From contig DASQAV010000002.1 of the NCBI GenBank assembly GCA_035635575.1, positions 1,539 through 65,538 of the forward strand: a stretch of 64,000 bases of DNA, read 5' to 3'. Under the pieces are notes generated by a model. That model made no database searches. It saw only the letters and a list, made by a program, of their open reading frames with translations, and was not told the DNA's origin. The stretch is from Candidatus Dormiibacterota bacterium. GTDB lineage: Bacteria; Eisenbacteria; RBG-16-71-46; SZUA-252. Numbering within the stretch: position 1 is the first letter of the stretch; each line of letters starts with the position of its first letter. Made by a program: the position numbers and the translations under genes. This document shows positions 1-9,576 of this stretch, one piece after another.

Positions 1-780
1 CCCGTGCTCGGGAACTCGAACTCCTGCGCTTCGGGCGCGATCGCGATCGGGGAGGCCTTCCGCGCGATCCGGGACGGCGACGCGCGCGCCATGATCACGG
101 GCGGGGTTGAGGCGCCCCTGGCGCCCCTGACCTTCGCGGCGTTCACGATCATCAAGGCGATGTCGACCACGAACGACGAGCCGGCGCGGGCCTCACGCCC
201 CTTCGACGCCCGCCGGGACGGCTTCGTGATGGCGGAGGGAGCTGCGATCCTGGTTCTGGAGGAAATGAAGTCGGCCCTGACGCGCGACGCGCGGATCTAC
301 GCCGAGGTCGCGGGCTTCGCCACGACGAACGACGCCTTCCACATGACCGCGCCGCAGCCGCAGGGACGGGACGCGGCGCGGGCGATGCGGCTTGCCCTTC
401 GCGACGCCGGGCTCACGACGGACGAGATCGAGGCGGTGAACGCCCACGGATCTTCGACCGTGCTCAACGACCGCATCGAAACGCTCGCGATCAAGGAGGT
501 CCTGGGAGAGCGGGCGCGTCGCGTGCCCGTGAGCGGGACGAAGGGGCTCCACGCTCACGCGCTCGGCGCCTCGGGTGCCATGGAGGCGGCCATTGCTTCC
601 CTCTCGGTCTCGGAGGGCTACCTGCCCTCTACCGCCAACCTGGATCACCCCGATCCCGAGTGCGACCTGGACTACGTGCCGAAGGTCGGACGCGCGGTCA
701 CCGTCCGCACCATCATCTCGAACTCTTTTGGATTCGGAGGAACGAACGCATGCTTGGTCTTCAAGGCGGTCGACACGTGA
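1..780 (+). CDS. fabF: 3-oxoacyl-ACP synthase II, C-terminal part (5' end cut by window edge)
   Basis: Translation of frame 1 gives the KAS-II C-terminal region (…AHGSSTVLND…GHALGASGAMEA…NSFGFGGTNACLVFK), stop at 778-780. No start codon inside the window. Confidence 0.85.
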   Translation, partial: PVLGNSNSCASGAIAIGEAFRAIRDGDARAMITGGVEAPLAPLTFAAFTIIKAMSTTNDEPARASRPFDARRDGFVMAEGAAILVLEEMKSALTRDARIYAEVAGFATTNDAFHMTAPQPQGRDAARAMRLALRDAGLTTDEIEAVNAHGSSTVLNDRIETLAIKEVLGERARRVPVSGTKGLHAHALGASGAMEAAIASLSVSEGYLPSTANLDHPDPECDLDYVPKVGRAVTVRTIISNSFGFGGTNACLVFKAVDT

Positions 781-1181
781 GGGGGCCGGTGCTCTTCGCT
801 CTCGCTCTCGTCCTGGCGGGATGCGGCACGGCGGGGAGCAAGCTCCCGGTGAGCGAGATGACGGCCAGAACGAACTCGGCCGGCGTGCAGGTGGTGGACG
901 TGGACGTCCACACCTACTACTTCAAGCCCAACCGCATCGTGCTGAAACAGGGAGTTCCCGTGGACCTCACGGTCCACTTCAAGAGCTTCTTCGTGCCGCA
1001 CACCTTCACCTGCAACGAAGGCGACGCGGGTCTCGCGGTGAGCCTGGGCGCGGGATTCATGAGCTTCCACCGCACGAAGCATGCGCGCCTCACCCCGACG
1101 CAGCCAGGCGAGTTCGAGTTCTTCTGCCACGTGGGAAAGCATCATCAGAAGGGAATGGAAGGGACGATCGTCGTGCGGTAG
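777..1181 (+). CDS. cupredoxin-like lipoprotein
   Basis: GTG at 777 overlaps the fabF stop (GTGA). Signal peptide with lipobox LAGC, and a C-terminal EFEFFCHVGKHHQKGMEGTIVV motif typical of a single-domain cupredoxin (Cys/His/Met copper-ligand spacing). Confidence 0.55.
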   Translation: MRGPVLFALALVLAGCGTAGSKLPVSEMTARTNSAGVQVVDVDVHTYYFKPNRIVLKQGVPVDLTVHFKSFFVPHTFTCNEGDAGLAVSLGAGFMSFHRTKHARLTPTQPGEFEFFCHVGKHHQKGMEGTIVVR

Positions 1182-1206
1182 GGACCGGTCCGGCCCCTCG
1201 CTGCAG

Positions 1207-2580
1207 CTAACGAACGACGCGATACAGCCAGCCGCGCGCTTCTCCGAGCGAAGTCGCGACAGGCATCATGACGGCGACCAGCGTTCCGTCCGCCGAGAGC
1301 CACGTGCGCCGCGGGACGGCGCCGGGCTCGTATTCCCCCCGTGAGACCCGCTCCAGGTTCCAGGCCATGAGCCTCCGGCCGTCGCCCCCAAGAAGTAAGA
1401 CCGCGCCCGTCGAGAGACGCAAGAGCACGCGGCTGGCGTCATCCGCCACCGATAGCTCCGTCACCTCCGCCCCCTTGGCCGCATCCAGATTGAGGGTCTT
1501 TCGCGTCCAGATGGGAGCGTTCCGCCGAACGTCGTAGAGGGCGAGCCAGGGACCGGTTCCCTTTCGCCTCGCCAAGGGAGAGCTGGTCGCGACCAGGACG
1601 AACCGGCCGTCGGGAGTCATCGCGGTCCGCCCCACCGAGTTTCGCGGAAGCGGCGTCCGCATCTTCTCGATCCCCGAGCGGTCCAGCACCAGAAGCTCTC
1701 CGTCGCGCGCGATCGCCACGTCCCCGAAATTGCTCACGGCGAACTCTCGCGAGTCGGCCGTCAGCGGGCGCGTCCAGACAATCGTTCCCTCGAGATCGAT
1801 CAGCCGCAGCTCGTCCTGCCTCGAGCCGAGCGTGGAATCGAAGACCCCGATCGAGTTCACCGCCAGGAAATTCCCCAGCGGAGAGGATGCGCCCCAGCCC
1901 ATGGCTCCCGGCCACGTCGCGAGCTGCTTGCCGCCGGGCACTTGGAGAACACTCAATCGCGGCACCGAGTCCTTGCTCGCGGCACGGCGCGCGAGCACGA
2001 AGTCTCTGCCCAAAGGCGCGGGCGAGAGGAGATCCTTGGTCTCCCACTCGACCTCGCCATCCGGACCGTAGAAGACGGAGCGCCGCTGAGCCCGGGCGCC
2101 GGGATCCTTCATGAGCGCGGCGGTGGTGACCGCCGCGGATTCGGCGGGCGTCTCGACCACGATCCACCGGTAGCCGGGAAAGATCCGCACCGTATGGGAG
2201 GCGAGATCTTGCCTTGGCCACGAGGCAACGAGGTACGCGGGAGAGCGCGGTGGGAACACGAAGAGCGATTCCGAGCCGGAGGGACCGAGGACGCGCAGCG
2301 CTGCCCAGCTGGGCAGCCCCACACCCGTGGACTTGTTCCGATTCACGGTGGCGTTCCAGGCGAGCGGCCCCAGGCCGTCGAACACCAATTGCGCGGTCGC
2401 CGCCGACTTGGAGGGAGCGTCCGGTGTGGCCTGGGCCGGCCTCACCACGAGCCGGCGCGCGCCGGGAGGCGCGGGCCTGCCCACGTCCGGCGTCGCGGCC
2501 GCGAAGGCTTCCCCCGCGGCGAGTCCCGCGATCAGGACCGAACTCAGGAGCACGGTGCCGACGCGCGACGTGGCGGCCAC
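1207..2580 (-). CDS. secreted hypothetical protein (beta-propeller-like repeats)
   Basis: 457-aa ORF with an N-terminal signal peptide (VLLSSVLIAGLAAGEAFA). GTG start abuts the upstream gene's stop. No recognisable catalytic motif. Confidence 0.5.
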   Translation of the reverse strand: MAATSRVGTVLLSSVLIAGLAAGEAFAAATPDVGRPAPPGARRLVVRPAQATPDAPSKSAATAQLVFDGLGPLAWNATVNRNKSTGVGLPSWAALRVLGPSGSESLFVFPPRSPAYLVASWPRQDLASHTVRIFPGYRWIVVETPAESAAVTTAALMKDPGARAQRRSVFYGPDGEVEWETKDLLSPAPLGRDFVLARRAASKDSVPRLSVLQVPGGKQLATWPGAMGWGASSPLGNFLAVNSIGVFDSTLGSRQDELRLIDLEGTIVWTRPLTADSREFAVSNFGDVAIARDGELLVLDRSGIEKMRTPLPRNSVGRTAMTPDGRFVLVATSSPLARRKGTGPWLALYDVRRNAPIWTRKTLNLDAAKGAEVTELSVADDASRVLLRLSTGAVLLLGGDGRRLMAWNLERVSRGEYEPGAVPRRTWLSADGTLVAVMMPVATSLGEARGWLYRVVR

Positions 2581-2581
2581 G

Positions 2582-3667
2582 TTATCGTTGGGTTCTACGC
2601 GCCGCGGGTTTTCGAGCGGTCGAGCCCGCCCGTGATTTCTTGGATCGCGCGGGCTCGGGTGGAGGCTTCAGCGTGAGATCCTCGGCGACCCAGATGTCTT
2701 CGCTCTTGTCGTTCACCAGCGAGTAGTAGATCGACTTCGAGTCCCAGGCCCAGGTCGGCTTGATGCAGTTTCCGCTCGTCGTGACGGGGAAGGTCTTCCC
2801 CGAGGACACGTCCATGACCCAGACGTCGCGCTTCGGCCCGACCTGGCGTCCGAAGGCGATCCATTTCCCATTCGGCGACCACGAGGGCCACGTGTCCTCG
2901 AAGGGCTGGCCGTCGATCTTGCCCTTCGTGAGGCGGATTTCCTTTCCGCCGTTCGCGGGGACTTTGTAGAGCTGATATTTCGTGAACAGGATGTTTCCTT
3001 CCATCGTCTGCTGCCGGGTGGAGTCGTATTCCTTGGCGACGAACGCGATCCACTTGCCGTCCGAGGACCAGGTGGGATGGCCGGGGCTGCCCTTGCTGTC
3101 CGTCACCTGCCTCGCCATGTCGTCCTCGTGCTCTCCATCGGCATCCATCACGTAGATGTTGAATCCGTAGAGCTCCCCGGGGCGAACGCGATTCGAGTAG
3201 AACGCGATCCGTTTCCCGTCCGCCGAATAGGTCCCGAAGCGATGGCTGCCGGGAGCGTGCGTCAGCTGCTTCGGCTCGCCCTTCGCCTCGCCGCCCTCGA
3301 AGGGAAGCGAGTAGACGTTGTAGCGCTTGCCGCGCGTGGAGACATAGAGGAGAGACTTTCCGTCGGGCGCCCAGCTGGGCGTTCCCGCGCGCGTGCTGTC
3401 CGGCTCGTCCGTGAGCTGCCGCGGCTCGCCGCCCTCGGCGGGGATGACGTAGATCTGAGTCGCGCCGTGTCCGCCGCGATCGGAGGTGAAGGCGAGCCAC
3501 TTTCCATCCGGAGAAGGAGTGGGATCGGTCTCGCGCGTGGTGTCCGCGAGGATCTCCTTGAAGGTCGTGGCCGAGGCCCCACGGAGAGGCAAGGCGACGC
3601 ACCCCATGAAGATGGCGGTCGATATCAGCCAGGAAAGGTTCCCGAAAAGGCGCGTTCTCATGAGCAT
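2582..3667 (-). CDS. TolB-like periplasmic beta-propeller protein (PD40/WD40-like repeats)
   Basis: Start MLMRTRLF… or the second ATG at 3661 with an AGAGGA Shine-Dalgarno 6 nt upstream. Signal peptide, then repeated DGKWIAF/SPDGK PD40 motifs. The track's 496-aa version extends through an unlikely Arg-rich N-terminus. Confidence 0.7.
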   Translation of the reverse strand: MLMRTRLFGNLSWLISTAIFMGCVALPLRGASATTFKEILADTTRETDPTPSPDGKWLAFTSDRGGHGATQIYVIPAEGGEPRQLTDEPDSTRAGTPSWAPDGKSLLYVSTRGKRYNVYSLPFEGGEAKGEPKQLTHAPGSHRFGTYSADGKRIAFYSNRVRPGELYGFNIYVMDADGEHEDDMARQVTDSKGSPGHPTWSSDGKWIAFVAKEYDSTRQQTMEGNILFTKYQLYKVPANGGKEIRLTKGKIDGQPFEDTWPSWSPNGKWIAFGRQVGPKRDVWVMDVSSGKTFPVTTSGNCIKPTWAWDSKSIYYSLVNDKSEDIWVAEDLTLKPPPEPARSKKSRAGSTARKPAARRTQR

Positions 3668-3753
3668 TCCTCTAAACCCAGGGTGAGCCGGGGGGTTCCG
3701 CTTGGCGCCATGGCCCAAGCGGTTCCGGGCGATTCGACGGAGGGCTTCCCCCG

Positions 3754-4368
3754 TTACGGCCGAGGCGCAAATCCCTCGCCTGTGGTCAGAACTTCGTACG
3801 AAGCGACCCCGAGAGCGGAGCGGCGAAGCTGGCTCCAGGGGCGATCGAGGATGTGGCACTTGAGCAGCGCCAGCACGATCTGGTGCGAGACCACCGCGAC
3901 CAATCCTTCCGACGCGGGGTGCTTTGCGGCGATGTCGCGCATCGCCGCGACGGCGCGCTCGTGGACGGCGGCGAGCGGCTCCGCCCCGGGTAGTGTCACC
4001 GCGGTCGGATCCTCGCGCCACTTCCGATAGAGATCGAGATCGGGCAGCTCCGACTCGCTCAGCCCTTCCCATTCTCCGTGGTGAATCTCATTCAGACGAG
4101 GATCGATCGTGACGTTCACGCGATGCGGGCCCGCGACGTAGGACGCGGTCTCCACCGCACGCGGGAGCGCGCTGGAATAGACGGCCGCGATCGGAACTTC
4201 CCAGAGTGCCCGGGTCAGGCCCTTCGCCTGCTCGTGGCCCGCGGGATTCATGGGCGCGCCCTTCGAGCCCTGGATGCGCTTCTCCCGATTCCAATCCGTC
4301 TCGCCGTGCCGCACGAAGACGAAATCGCGCGTGCGGGTGTTCGCCGCCAAGCTAGATCCGGCCGGCAT
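3754..4368 (-). CDS. histidine phosphatase family protein (phosphoglycerate-mutase-like)
   Basis: N-terminal FVFVRHGETDWN (RHG catalytic motif). ATG at 4368. 17-nt overlap with the asd 3' end. Confidence 0.7.
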   Translation of the reverse strand: MPAGSSLAANTRTRDFVFVRHGETDWNREKRIQGSKGAPMNPAGHEQAKGLTRALWEVPIAAVYSSALPRAVETASYVAGPHRVNVTIDPRLNEIHHGEWEGLSESELPDLDLYRKWREDPTAVTLPGAEPLAAVHERAVAAMRDIAAKHPASEGLVAVVSHQIVLALLKCHILDRPWSQLRRSALGVASYEVLTTGEGFAPRP

Positions 4369-5416
4369 GCGCGAGCAGCTCCGCGTTCAGGATCGCCGCT
4401 CCCGCGGCGCCGCGGATCGTATTGTGGCCGAGGGCGTCGAATTTCCAGTCGAGCACGGGGCAAGGGCGGAGCCTTCCCAGCGTCACGCCCATTCCCGAGG
4501 AGCGGTCCACGTCGAGACGCGGCTGCGGCCGGTCGTCCTCCTCGCGCACCTGGATCGGCTCCGAGGGCGCGGAGGGAAGCGGCATGCGATCGAGCGGGCG
4601 GAAGCCCATGAGCGCCGCGAGCATCTGCTTGAGGGTCGCCTTGCGCTTCAGCTTCACGCTCACCGCCATGAGATGCCCGTCCAGCACCGGCACGCGGTGG
4701 CAGGATGCGCTCACCGTGATCCCGGCGGATTCGATTCCGCGCGCGCCCAGGGTGCCCAGGATCTTGTTCGTTTCGGATTCCATCTTGGGTTCTTCGCCCG
4801 GAATGTAGGGCACCACGTTGCCCAGGATGTCGATCGAGGGAACGCCCGGGTAGCCCGCGCCGCTGGTGGCCTGGAACGTGGTCACGATGCAGGACTCCAC
4901 GCCGAAGGCGCGATGGAGCGGCGCCAGCGCCATGACCAGCACGATCGTGGAGCAATTCGGGTTCGTGAGGATCCCGCCGCGCGGGCCCGGACCGTTCGAG
5001 AATTTCTGACGCTCCAGAAGCTCGAGGTGATCGCGGTTCACCTCGGGGATCACGAGCGGCACGAGAGGATCCAGCCGGTGATTTCTGGCATTCGAGGAGA
5101 CCAGGTGGCCGGCGCGCGCGTACTGCTCCTCCAGCTCTCCCGCCACGGAGGCGTCGAGCGACGAGAAAAGGACCGGCGAGCGGAGCTTGTCCCCGGGGCC
5201 TCGTACACGGAGCTTGGCGACCGCGTCGGGAATCCGCGTGGTCAGCTTCCAGCGAGCCCCGACCGCGTCGGCGTAGGACTTTCCGGCGCTCTGGTCGGAG
5301 GCCATCACCTCGTCCACGTAGAACCAGGGGTGATTCTCGAGGAGCTGGATGAAGCGCTGCCCCACCGTGCCCGTGGCCCCCAGAATTCCGACCGGGGTCG
5401 GGGCCCGTCCGTTCAA
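4352..5416 (-). CDS. asd: aspartate-semialdehyde dehydrogenase
   Basis: VGILGATGTVGQRF NAD-binding N-terminus and catalytic NCSTI…Cys region. TTG start at 5416 preceded by AGGAAG with a 5-nt spacer. The upstream 2.7 kb of the track ORF is artefact. Confidence 0.8.
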   Translation of the reverse strand: MNGRAPTPVGILGATGTVGQRFIQLLENHPWFYVDEVMASDQSAGKSYADAVGARWKLTTRIPDAVAKLRVRGPGDKLRSPVLFSSLDASVAGELEEQYARAGHLVSSNARNHRLDPLVPLVIPEVNRDHLELLERQKFSNGPGPRGGILTNPNCSTIVLVMALAPLHRAFGVESCIVTTFQATSGAGYPGVPSIDILGNVVPYIPGEEPKMESETNKILGTLGARGIESAGITVSASCHRVPVLDGHLMAVSVKLKRKATLKQMLAALMGFRPLDRMPLPSAPSEPIQVREEDDRPQPRLDVDRSSGMGVTLGRLRPCPVLDWKFDALGHNTIRGAAGAAILNAELLAHAGRI

Positions 5417-5527
5417 GGATGGACCCTTCCTGGCCTGACCCGAGCCCGATGGAGAGCGCTTCGCACGACCGGAAGTCGTTGTGGAACGCGCAGAAGACAT
5501 TGCGGAGCCCCGTGATTTTGCTAGCAT

Positions 5528-8254
5528 ATGCCGCCCATGATACGGTTTTTCTTCGGCATCTTGGCCGCATTTCTTCTGTTCGCGGATCCCGCGTTCGCGC
5601 AGCAAGCGCCCCGGGTCATCGGGACCTCTCCCGCGAACAAGGCGAGGCGCGTCCCGCCCAACGCCCAGATCAAGTTCATCTTCGACCGGCCCACGGGGAA
5701 GGTCGCTTCCTATTCGATCGCTCCCGACACGTCCACGGGAGGAACGACCACCACGCTCCCCAACATCTGGTCCGCGCGGGGGGACACGCTCACCATCACG
5801 CCCTTCGAGCCGCTCGCGATCGGGCACACCTATATCTACAAGCTCAACGCCCTTCAGGACACCACCGGGGCGCAATACAACAATCCGGCCTACTACGAGG
5901 ACATCTACACGTTCTCCGTGATCTCGCGCGCGTTCGTGGAGCGCGTGCAGTCGGGCAACCTGAGCCTTTCCCTGGCTCCCGACGCCACGCTGCCCGCCAC
6001 GATCCCCGTGCGCGAGACCGCCGGAACGGACGTGTCCTTCCCCACGGCGCGGGTGCAGTTCCTGTCCTCCCCGTTCATCACCAATTCGGGGTCGATCCCG
6101 CTCGACACGTCGGCCACGCCTTTCTACGAATACACGGTCCCGATCGGCGCGTTTCTTCCACGATATGGCGCCGCCCCGCTCACGGCACCGGTCCTCATTC
6201 CAGCTTCCGTCGCGCGTACGATTCCACAGGGAATGCTGGGCGTGCGGCTGACCTTCTATGGACAGGACGAGCTTTCCACCCCGATCGTCATCGACGCCTG
6301 CTACCGCGTGGACCCTACGAGCGTGGTGTGCCACCAGGCGACGGTTCTCCCCGCGATGGCGACCAACGTGCTCATTCGCTCGGCCTCGCTCGAGTGGCCC
6401 TTGCACGGCGCCGTGATCGCGGCCGGAGACACGATCGTTCCGCGGGCGGTCGTGGTGGGGAACGGCACCGGGCCCTTCCGCGCGGGCTTCTACATGGATG
6501 GGGACCTGATCTCGATCGAGGAGGGCTACATGGAGGCGGGGCGCCCGGTGACCGTCACCATGCGCGGTCCCCTGCCGACGCGCCGCTTGGGCGAGCACCG
6601 GCTCCAGTTCCAGGTGGAATCTCCGCAGCCCCTCTCCGCCAATCCCATCTCGTTCGTGTGCGCGCCGCTCCCGAACGGCGTGTCTCCATTGAAGGCGCCC
6701 TTCATGCAGCCTCCCACCTCCACACCGGTGACCATCCCCTACAGCCCGGTCCGCGGCTCGCTGACGTGGCTCGCCGATGGACGACCGGGGTTCCGGGGAG
6801 AGGACAAATCCGCGGTGGGCTGGGGATCCTGGGAAGGCTTCTACGATCTCGGGCCGATGAGCCAGCGGCCCATGCGCCAGCTCCAGGCTTCCGTTTCGAT
6901 GCGGCTCCGCTTTGACGAGACGGGGAACGGCAGCGGGAAGCCGCAGCATCTGAAGCTGCGCTACACCGACCCGCACGGCTCGCTGGAATGGAGCGACGCG
7001 CCTCCCGTGGGCGCTAACGAGATGCCGCTCCTCATGAGCCCCGTCCCTCGGAGGAACGCCCAGGCCGCGTTGCCACGTACGCCGCTGGGAAGCCTCGACG
7101 GATACGTGGCCCTGGCGTCCCGCCCCATCTCGGCGGCGGGCCCGACCCGCGCGGAAGCGGATCTCTACGCGGCGCGACTCGTTCGCTCCTGGCTCCGAGA
7201 CAAGGTGGTCACGACGTTCTACGGGGGATACACGCACGAGAAGAGCGGGCCGTCCTATTTCGGGGCGCTCTTCGGTAGCGGCGGCGTGGTGCACCGGAGC
7301 GTCACGTACGGCGCCACGGGCCGGTTCGACCTTCCGGGCACCTGGACCCTGCTCGCCGACGGCGCCACCGTACGGCATCGCGCCACGGCCGGCGTGGAGG
7401 AGGGGCGCTCCCGCACCGCGTGGCGCGGGGAGCTCCAGGGCGCGGCGGCCGGGTTCCAGGCGCAAGCGCAGGCCTTCTCCTACCAGCCCGCGCTTCAGAC
7501 CGCGCTCAATCCATACGCGCTCTCCGACCGCCGGGGCGGATTCGCCCGGCTGGACCGCGCCATCTGGAAGTGGAATCCGTTCGTGAGCTTCCGCTCCGAG
7601 GAGCCCGCCTCCCGGGAGGGATTGATCCCGGTCGTTCGCGTGCAGACGGGAACGGTTGGCGCGAGGCTCAAGATGAGCGAGGACAGCTGGGTCACGCCGT
7701 CCGTGGTGCGGGTGACGCACCGAGGCGCGAACACCGAATTCACCGAGCACCGTCTCGCCACCGACTACACCGTGGCCGAGATGGGCGGAAGGACGACGGC
7801 CCGCTTCGACATCACGTATCTCGACGACCCGATGCGGGGCGGAGCCAAGCGCCGGGTGATCTCGGGCTCCGTGGTGTCCTCGCGCCGCCACCCCGGGCGG
7901 GTGGTCAGCACCACCACCTTTGGCGTTGAGCAGAACCATTCGAGGGTCGTGAACCTGACCGACATGACGATTCAGGGATCCTTCGAGGCGCGGTGGGAGG
8001 CGATTGCCGGGCGCCTGCTCGTGACGCCGTTCTTCTCCGGCGCGTCCCGAAGCTACGACCTCCAGGGATACCGCGATGAGCACTACACGGGACGGCTCCA
8101 GATCGCGTTCCTTCGCATCCCCCACATGGGCGAGAACGCGGTTTCCCTGGAAGGGCGGATCGATCGCCTGCGGCAGACGCAAACCACGACGGTCCGCCTC
8201 GACGAGTCAGTCCAGCTCACCATCGGACAGCGCTTCAGCATCGGCGGGATGTAG
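5528..8254 (+). CDS. large secreted protein, N-terminal Ig-like region and possible C-terminal beta-barrel
   Basis: 908-aa ORF with a signal peptide (FFFGILAAFLLFADPAFAQQ). Antisense to the spurious 1276-aa track ORF. C-terminal third is rich in alternating aromatic/Gly beta-strand patterns. No catalytic motif recognised. Confidence 0.6.
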   Translation: MPPMIRFFFGILAAFLLFADPAFAQQAPRVIGTSPANKARRVPPNAQIKFIFDRPTGKVASYSIAPDTSTGGTTTTLPNIWSARGDTLTITPFEPLAIGHTYIYKLNALQDTTGAQYNNPAYYEDIYTFSVISRAFVERVQSGNLSLSLAPDATLPATIPVRETAGTDVSFPTARVQFLSSPFITNSGSIPLDTSATPFYEYTVPIGAFLPRYGAAPLTAPVLIPASVARTIPQGMLGVRLTFYGQDELSTPIVIDACYRVDPTSVVCHQATVLPAMATNVLIRSASLEWPLHGAVIAAGDTIVPRAVVVGNGTGPFRAGFYMDGDLISIEEGYMEAGRPVTVTMRGPLPTRRLGEHRLQFQVESPQPLSANPISFVCAPLPNGVSPLKAPFMQPPTSTPVTIPYSPVRGSLTWLADGRPGFRGEDKSAVGWGSWEGFYDLGPMSQRPMRQLQASVSMRLRFDETGNGSGKPQHLKLRYTDPHGSLEWSDAPPVGANEMPLLMSPVPRRNAQAALPRTPLGSLDGYVALASRPISAAGPTRAEADLYAARLVRSWLRDKVVTTFYGGYTHEKSGPSYFGALFGSGGVVHRSVTYGATGRFDLPGTWTLLADGATVRHRATAGVEEGRSRTAWRGELQGAAAGFQAQAQAFSYQPALQTALNPYALSDRRGGFARLDRAIWKWNPFVSFRSEEPASREGLIPVVRVQTGTVGARLKMSEDSWVTPSVVRVTHRGANTEFTEHRLATDYTVAEMGGRTTARFDITYLDDPMRGGAKRRVISGSVVSSRRHPGRVVSTTTFGVEQNHSRVVNLTDMTIQGSFEARWEAIAGRLLVTPFFSGASRSYDLQGYRDEHYTGRLQIAFLRIPHMGENAVSLEGRIDRLRQTQTTTVRLDESVQLTIGQRFSIGGM

Positions 8255-8466
8255 TCGACGTCGAACGTCTGACGCCACGATCTCGCGCCCGCGCGACGCC
8301 TCGCGTAGGCGCCCCGCTTCATCTCTCGATTCCACCGCCGTTTCCTCCGCAGATTCGATCTCGACGCATCGCGTCCTCCTGGAACGGATCGTGCTCGAGG
8401 GCACATCGCCCTCGCTCCTCGGCGCCCACCGCGCGGCATGCCGCGCAAATCGAAGGGGGTGCCGAA

Positions 8467-9177
8467 ATGAATCGTCTCAAGTTGTGCCTCGTTGCAACCG
8501 CGCTCGCTCTCGCCGCATTCGGGTCCGGATGCTCGAAGGAAGCCGGCCGACAAGCGACCGCTCCAAAGCGGCCCGGTCCGGATCCATCGATGATCCACGA
8601 CGCTCGCTGGATCACCTCGAGCGAAGAGCTTCGCGGTCTCACGGCGCGCGCCGGGAAGAGCCCCTTGATGGCCCGGGCGATTGAGCTGGAAGCAACGGAT
8701 CCTGATCTGGAATTGCATGCGAGCGGGGTCGTCGGGGCGACGGCTTCCACGACAAGCGGAGATCGGATCCGGATCACGATGATTCCCTACCAGTCCCGGA
8801 GCGACCCCGACCATGCGCGGTATTTCGTTCTCAACGAGCTGAACGGCCAGGCGAGGGCCGAGACCTTCGATCTGCTTCGGCGGAGGCCGCGTGCCGGTGA
8901 GGAGGGCTTCCTTCCGGTGAATGGCGCCGCGCACGGGTTGTGGATCCGCCCCGGCTCGACGTACGCGCAGCCACAGTCCGGATCGGCTCATCAGGCTCCC
9001 GAGAAATTCAACTGGGCCAAGTTCGGGCTCTGCTTTGCCACGGTCGGCGACATGGTGGTCGGCGCGGTGAACGCAGGGTGCTCCGCGATGGGGGACTGGC
9101 CGGGCTGCAGGGCGATCGGGGACGGCATTGGACTCGCCGGTGCCGCAGGCTACTGCGGAATCATGGCGTGGGGCTGA
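8467..9177 (+). CDS. lipoprotein, Cys-rich C-terminus
   Basis: AAGGGGG Shine-Dalgarno upstream of the ATG. Signal peptide plus lipobox FGSGC. C-terminal CFATVGDMVVGAVNAGCSAMGDWPGCRAIGDGIGLAGAAGYCG. Confidence 0.6.
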   Translation: MNRLKLCLVATALALAAFGSGCSKEAGRQATAPKRPGPDPSMIHDARWITSSEELRGLTARAGKSPLMARAIELEATDPDLELHASGVVGATASTTSGDRIRITMIPYQSRSDPDHARYFVLNELNGQARAETFDLLRRRPRAGEEGFLPVNGAAHGLWIRPGSTYAQPQSGSAHQAPEKFNWAKFGLCFATVGDMVVGAVNAGCSAMGDWPGCRAIGDGIGLAGAAGYCGIMAWG

Positions 9178-9181
9178 GACG

Positions 9182-9550
9182 ATGCGACCTTCGTGGATCC
9201 CGCTCTTCGTGGCGCTGATCGGAATCGGGTGCGGCGTGTTCGCGCTCTTTCCGCCGCGGTGGTCTCCCGATCTCTCGCAGGGAATCCTTGCGGGAATGGC
9301 GATGTACTTCGTGGGGCTGCCGCCCGCGATCGCGCAGGCTCGCGCCGGCACCGGGCTGATCCCGCCCCTCTTCGGCCCTCACGGGATCATGGCGGGGGTG
9401 CTCTACCGCGTGCTCCGGTTCCTGATCATCCTGGTCGCGATCGCGTACGTGTTCTTCGACCGGCGAAGCTTCTGGGATATCACGTGGCCGGTGCTCATCC
9501 TGGCATCGTGGAGCCTTGCCGATTCGACGGCGAGTCGTATGAGGCGCTGA
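9182..9550 (+). CDS. small integral membrane protein (3 predicted TM helices)
   Basis: ATG at 9182 overlaps the upstream stop. Hydrophobic segments IPLFVALIGIGCGVFALF, MAMYFVGLPPAIA and FLIILVAIAYVFF. Convergent with lon. Confidence 0.45.
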   Translation: MRPSWIPLFVALIGIGCGVFALFPPRWSPDLSQGILAGMAMYFVGLPPAIAQARAGTGLIPPLFGPHGIMAGVLYRVLRFLIILVAIAYVFFDRRSFWDITWPVLILASWSLADSTASRMRR

Positions 9551-9558
9551 GGCTGTGA

Positions 9559-9576
9559 AGCGAGGGCTAGCGCCCT
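9559..9576. terminator. short GC hairpin between convergent genes (possible bidirectional terminator)
   Basis: GAGGGC-tagc-GCCCTC stem-loop spanning the lon stop codon. No clear U tract. Confidence 0.25.

Noticed and set aside
4352-8182. 1276-aa minus-strand ORF
   Set aside because: Only the first 354 codons (asd, TTG start at 5416 with a Shine-Dalgarno) are real. The remainder is a stop-free high-GC frame antisense to the 908-aa secreted-protein gene.
8083-9351. 422-aa minus-strand ORF
   Set aside because: Antisense to two plus-strand genes with signal peptides and a Shine-Dalgarno. Arg/Pro-rich GC-frame artefact.
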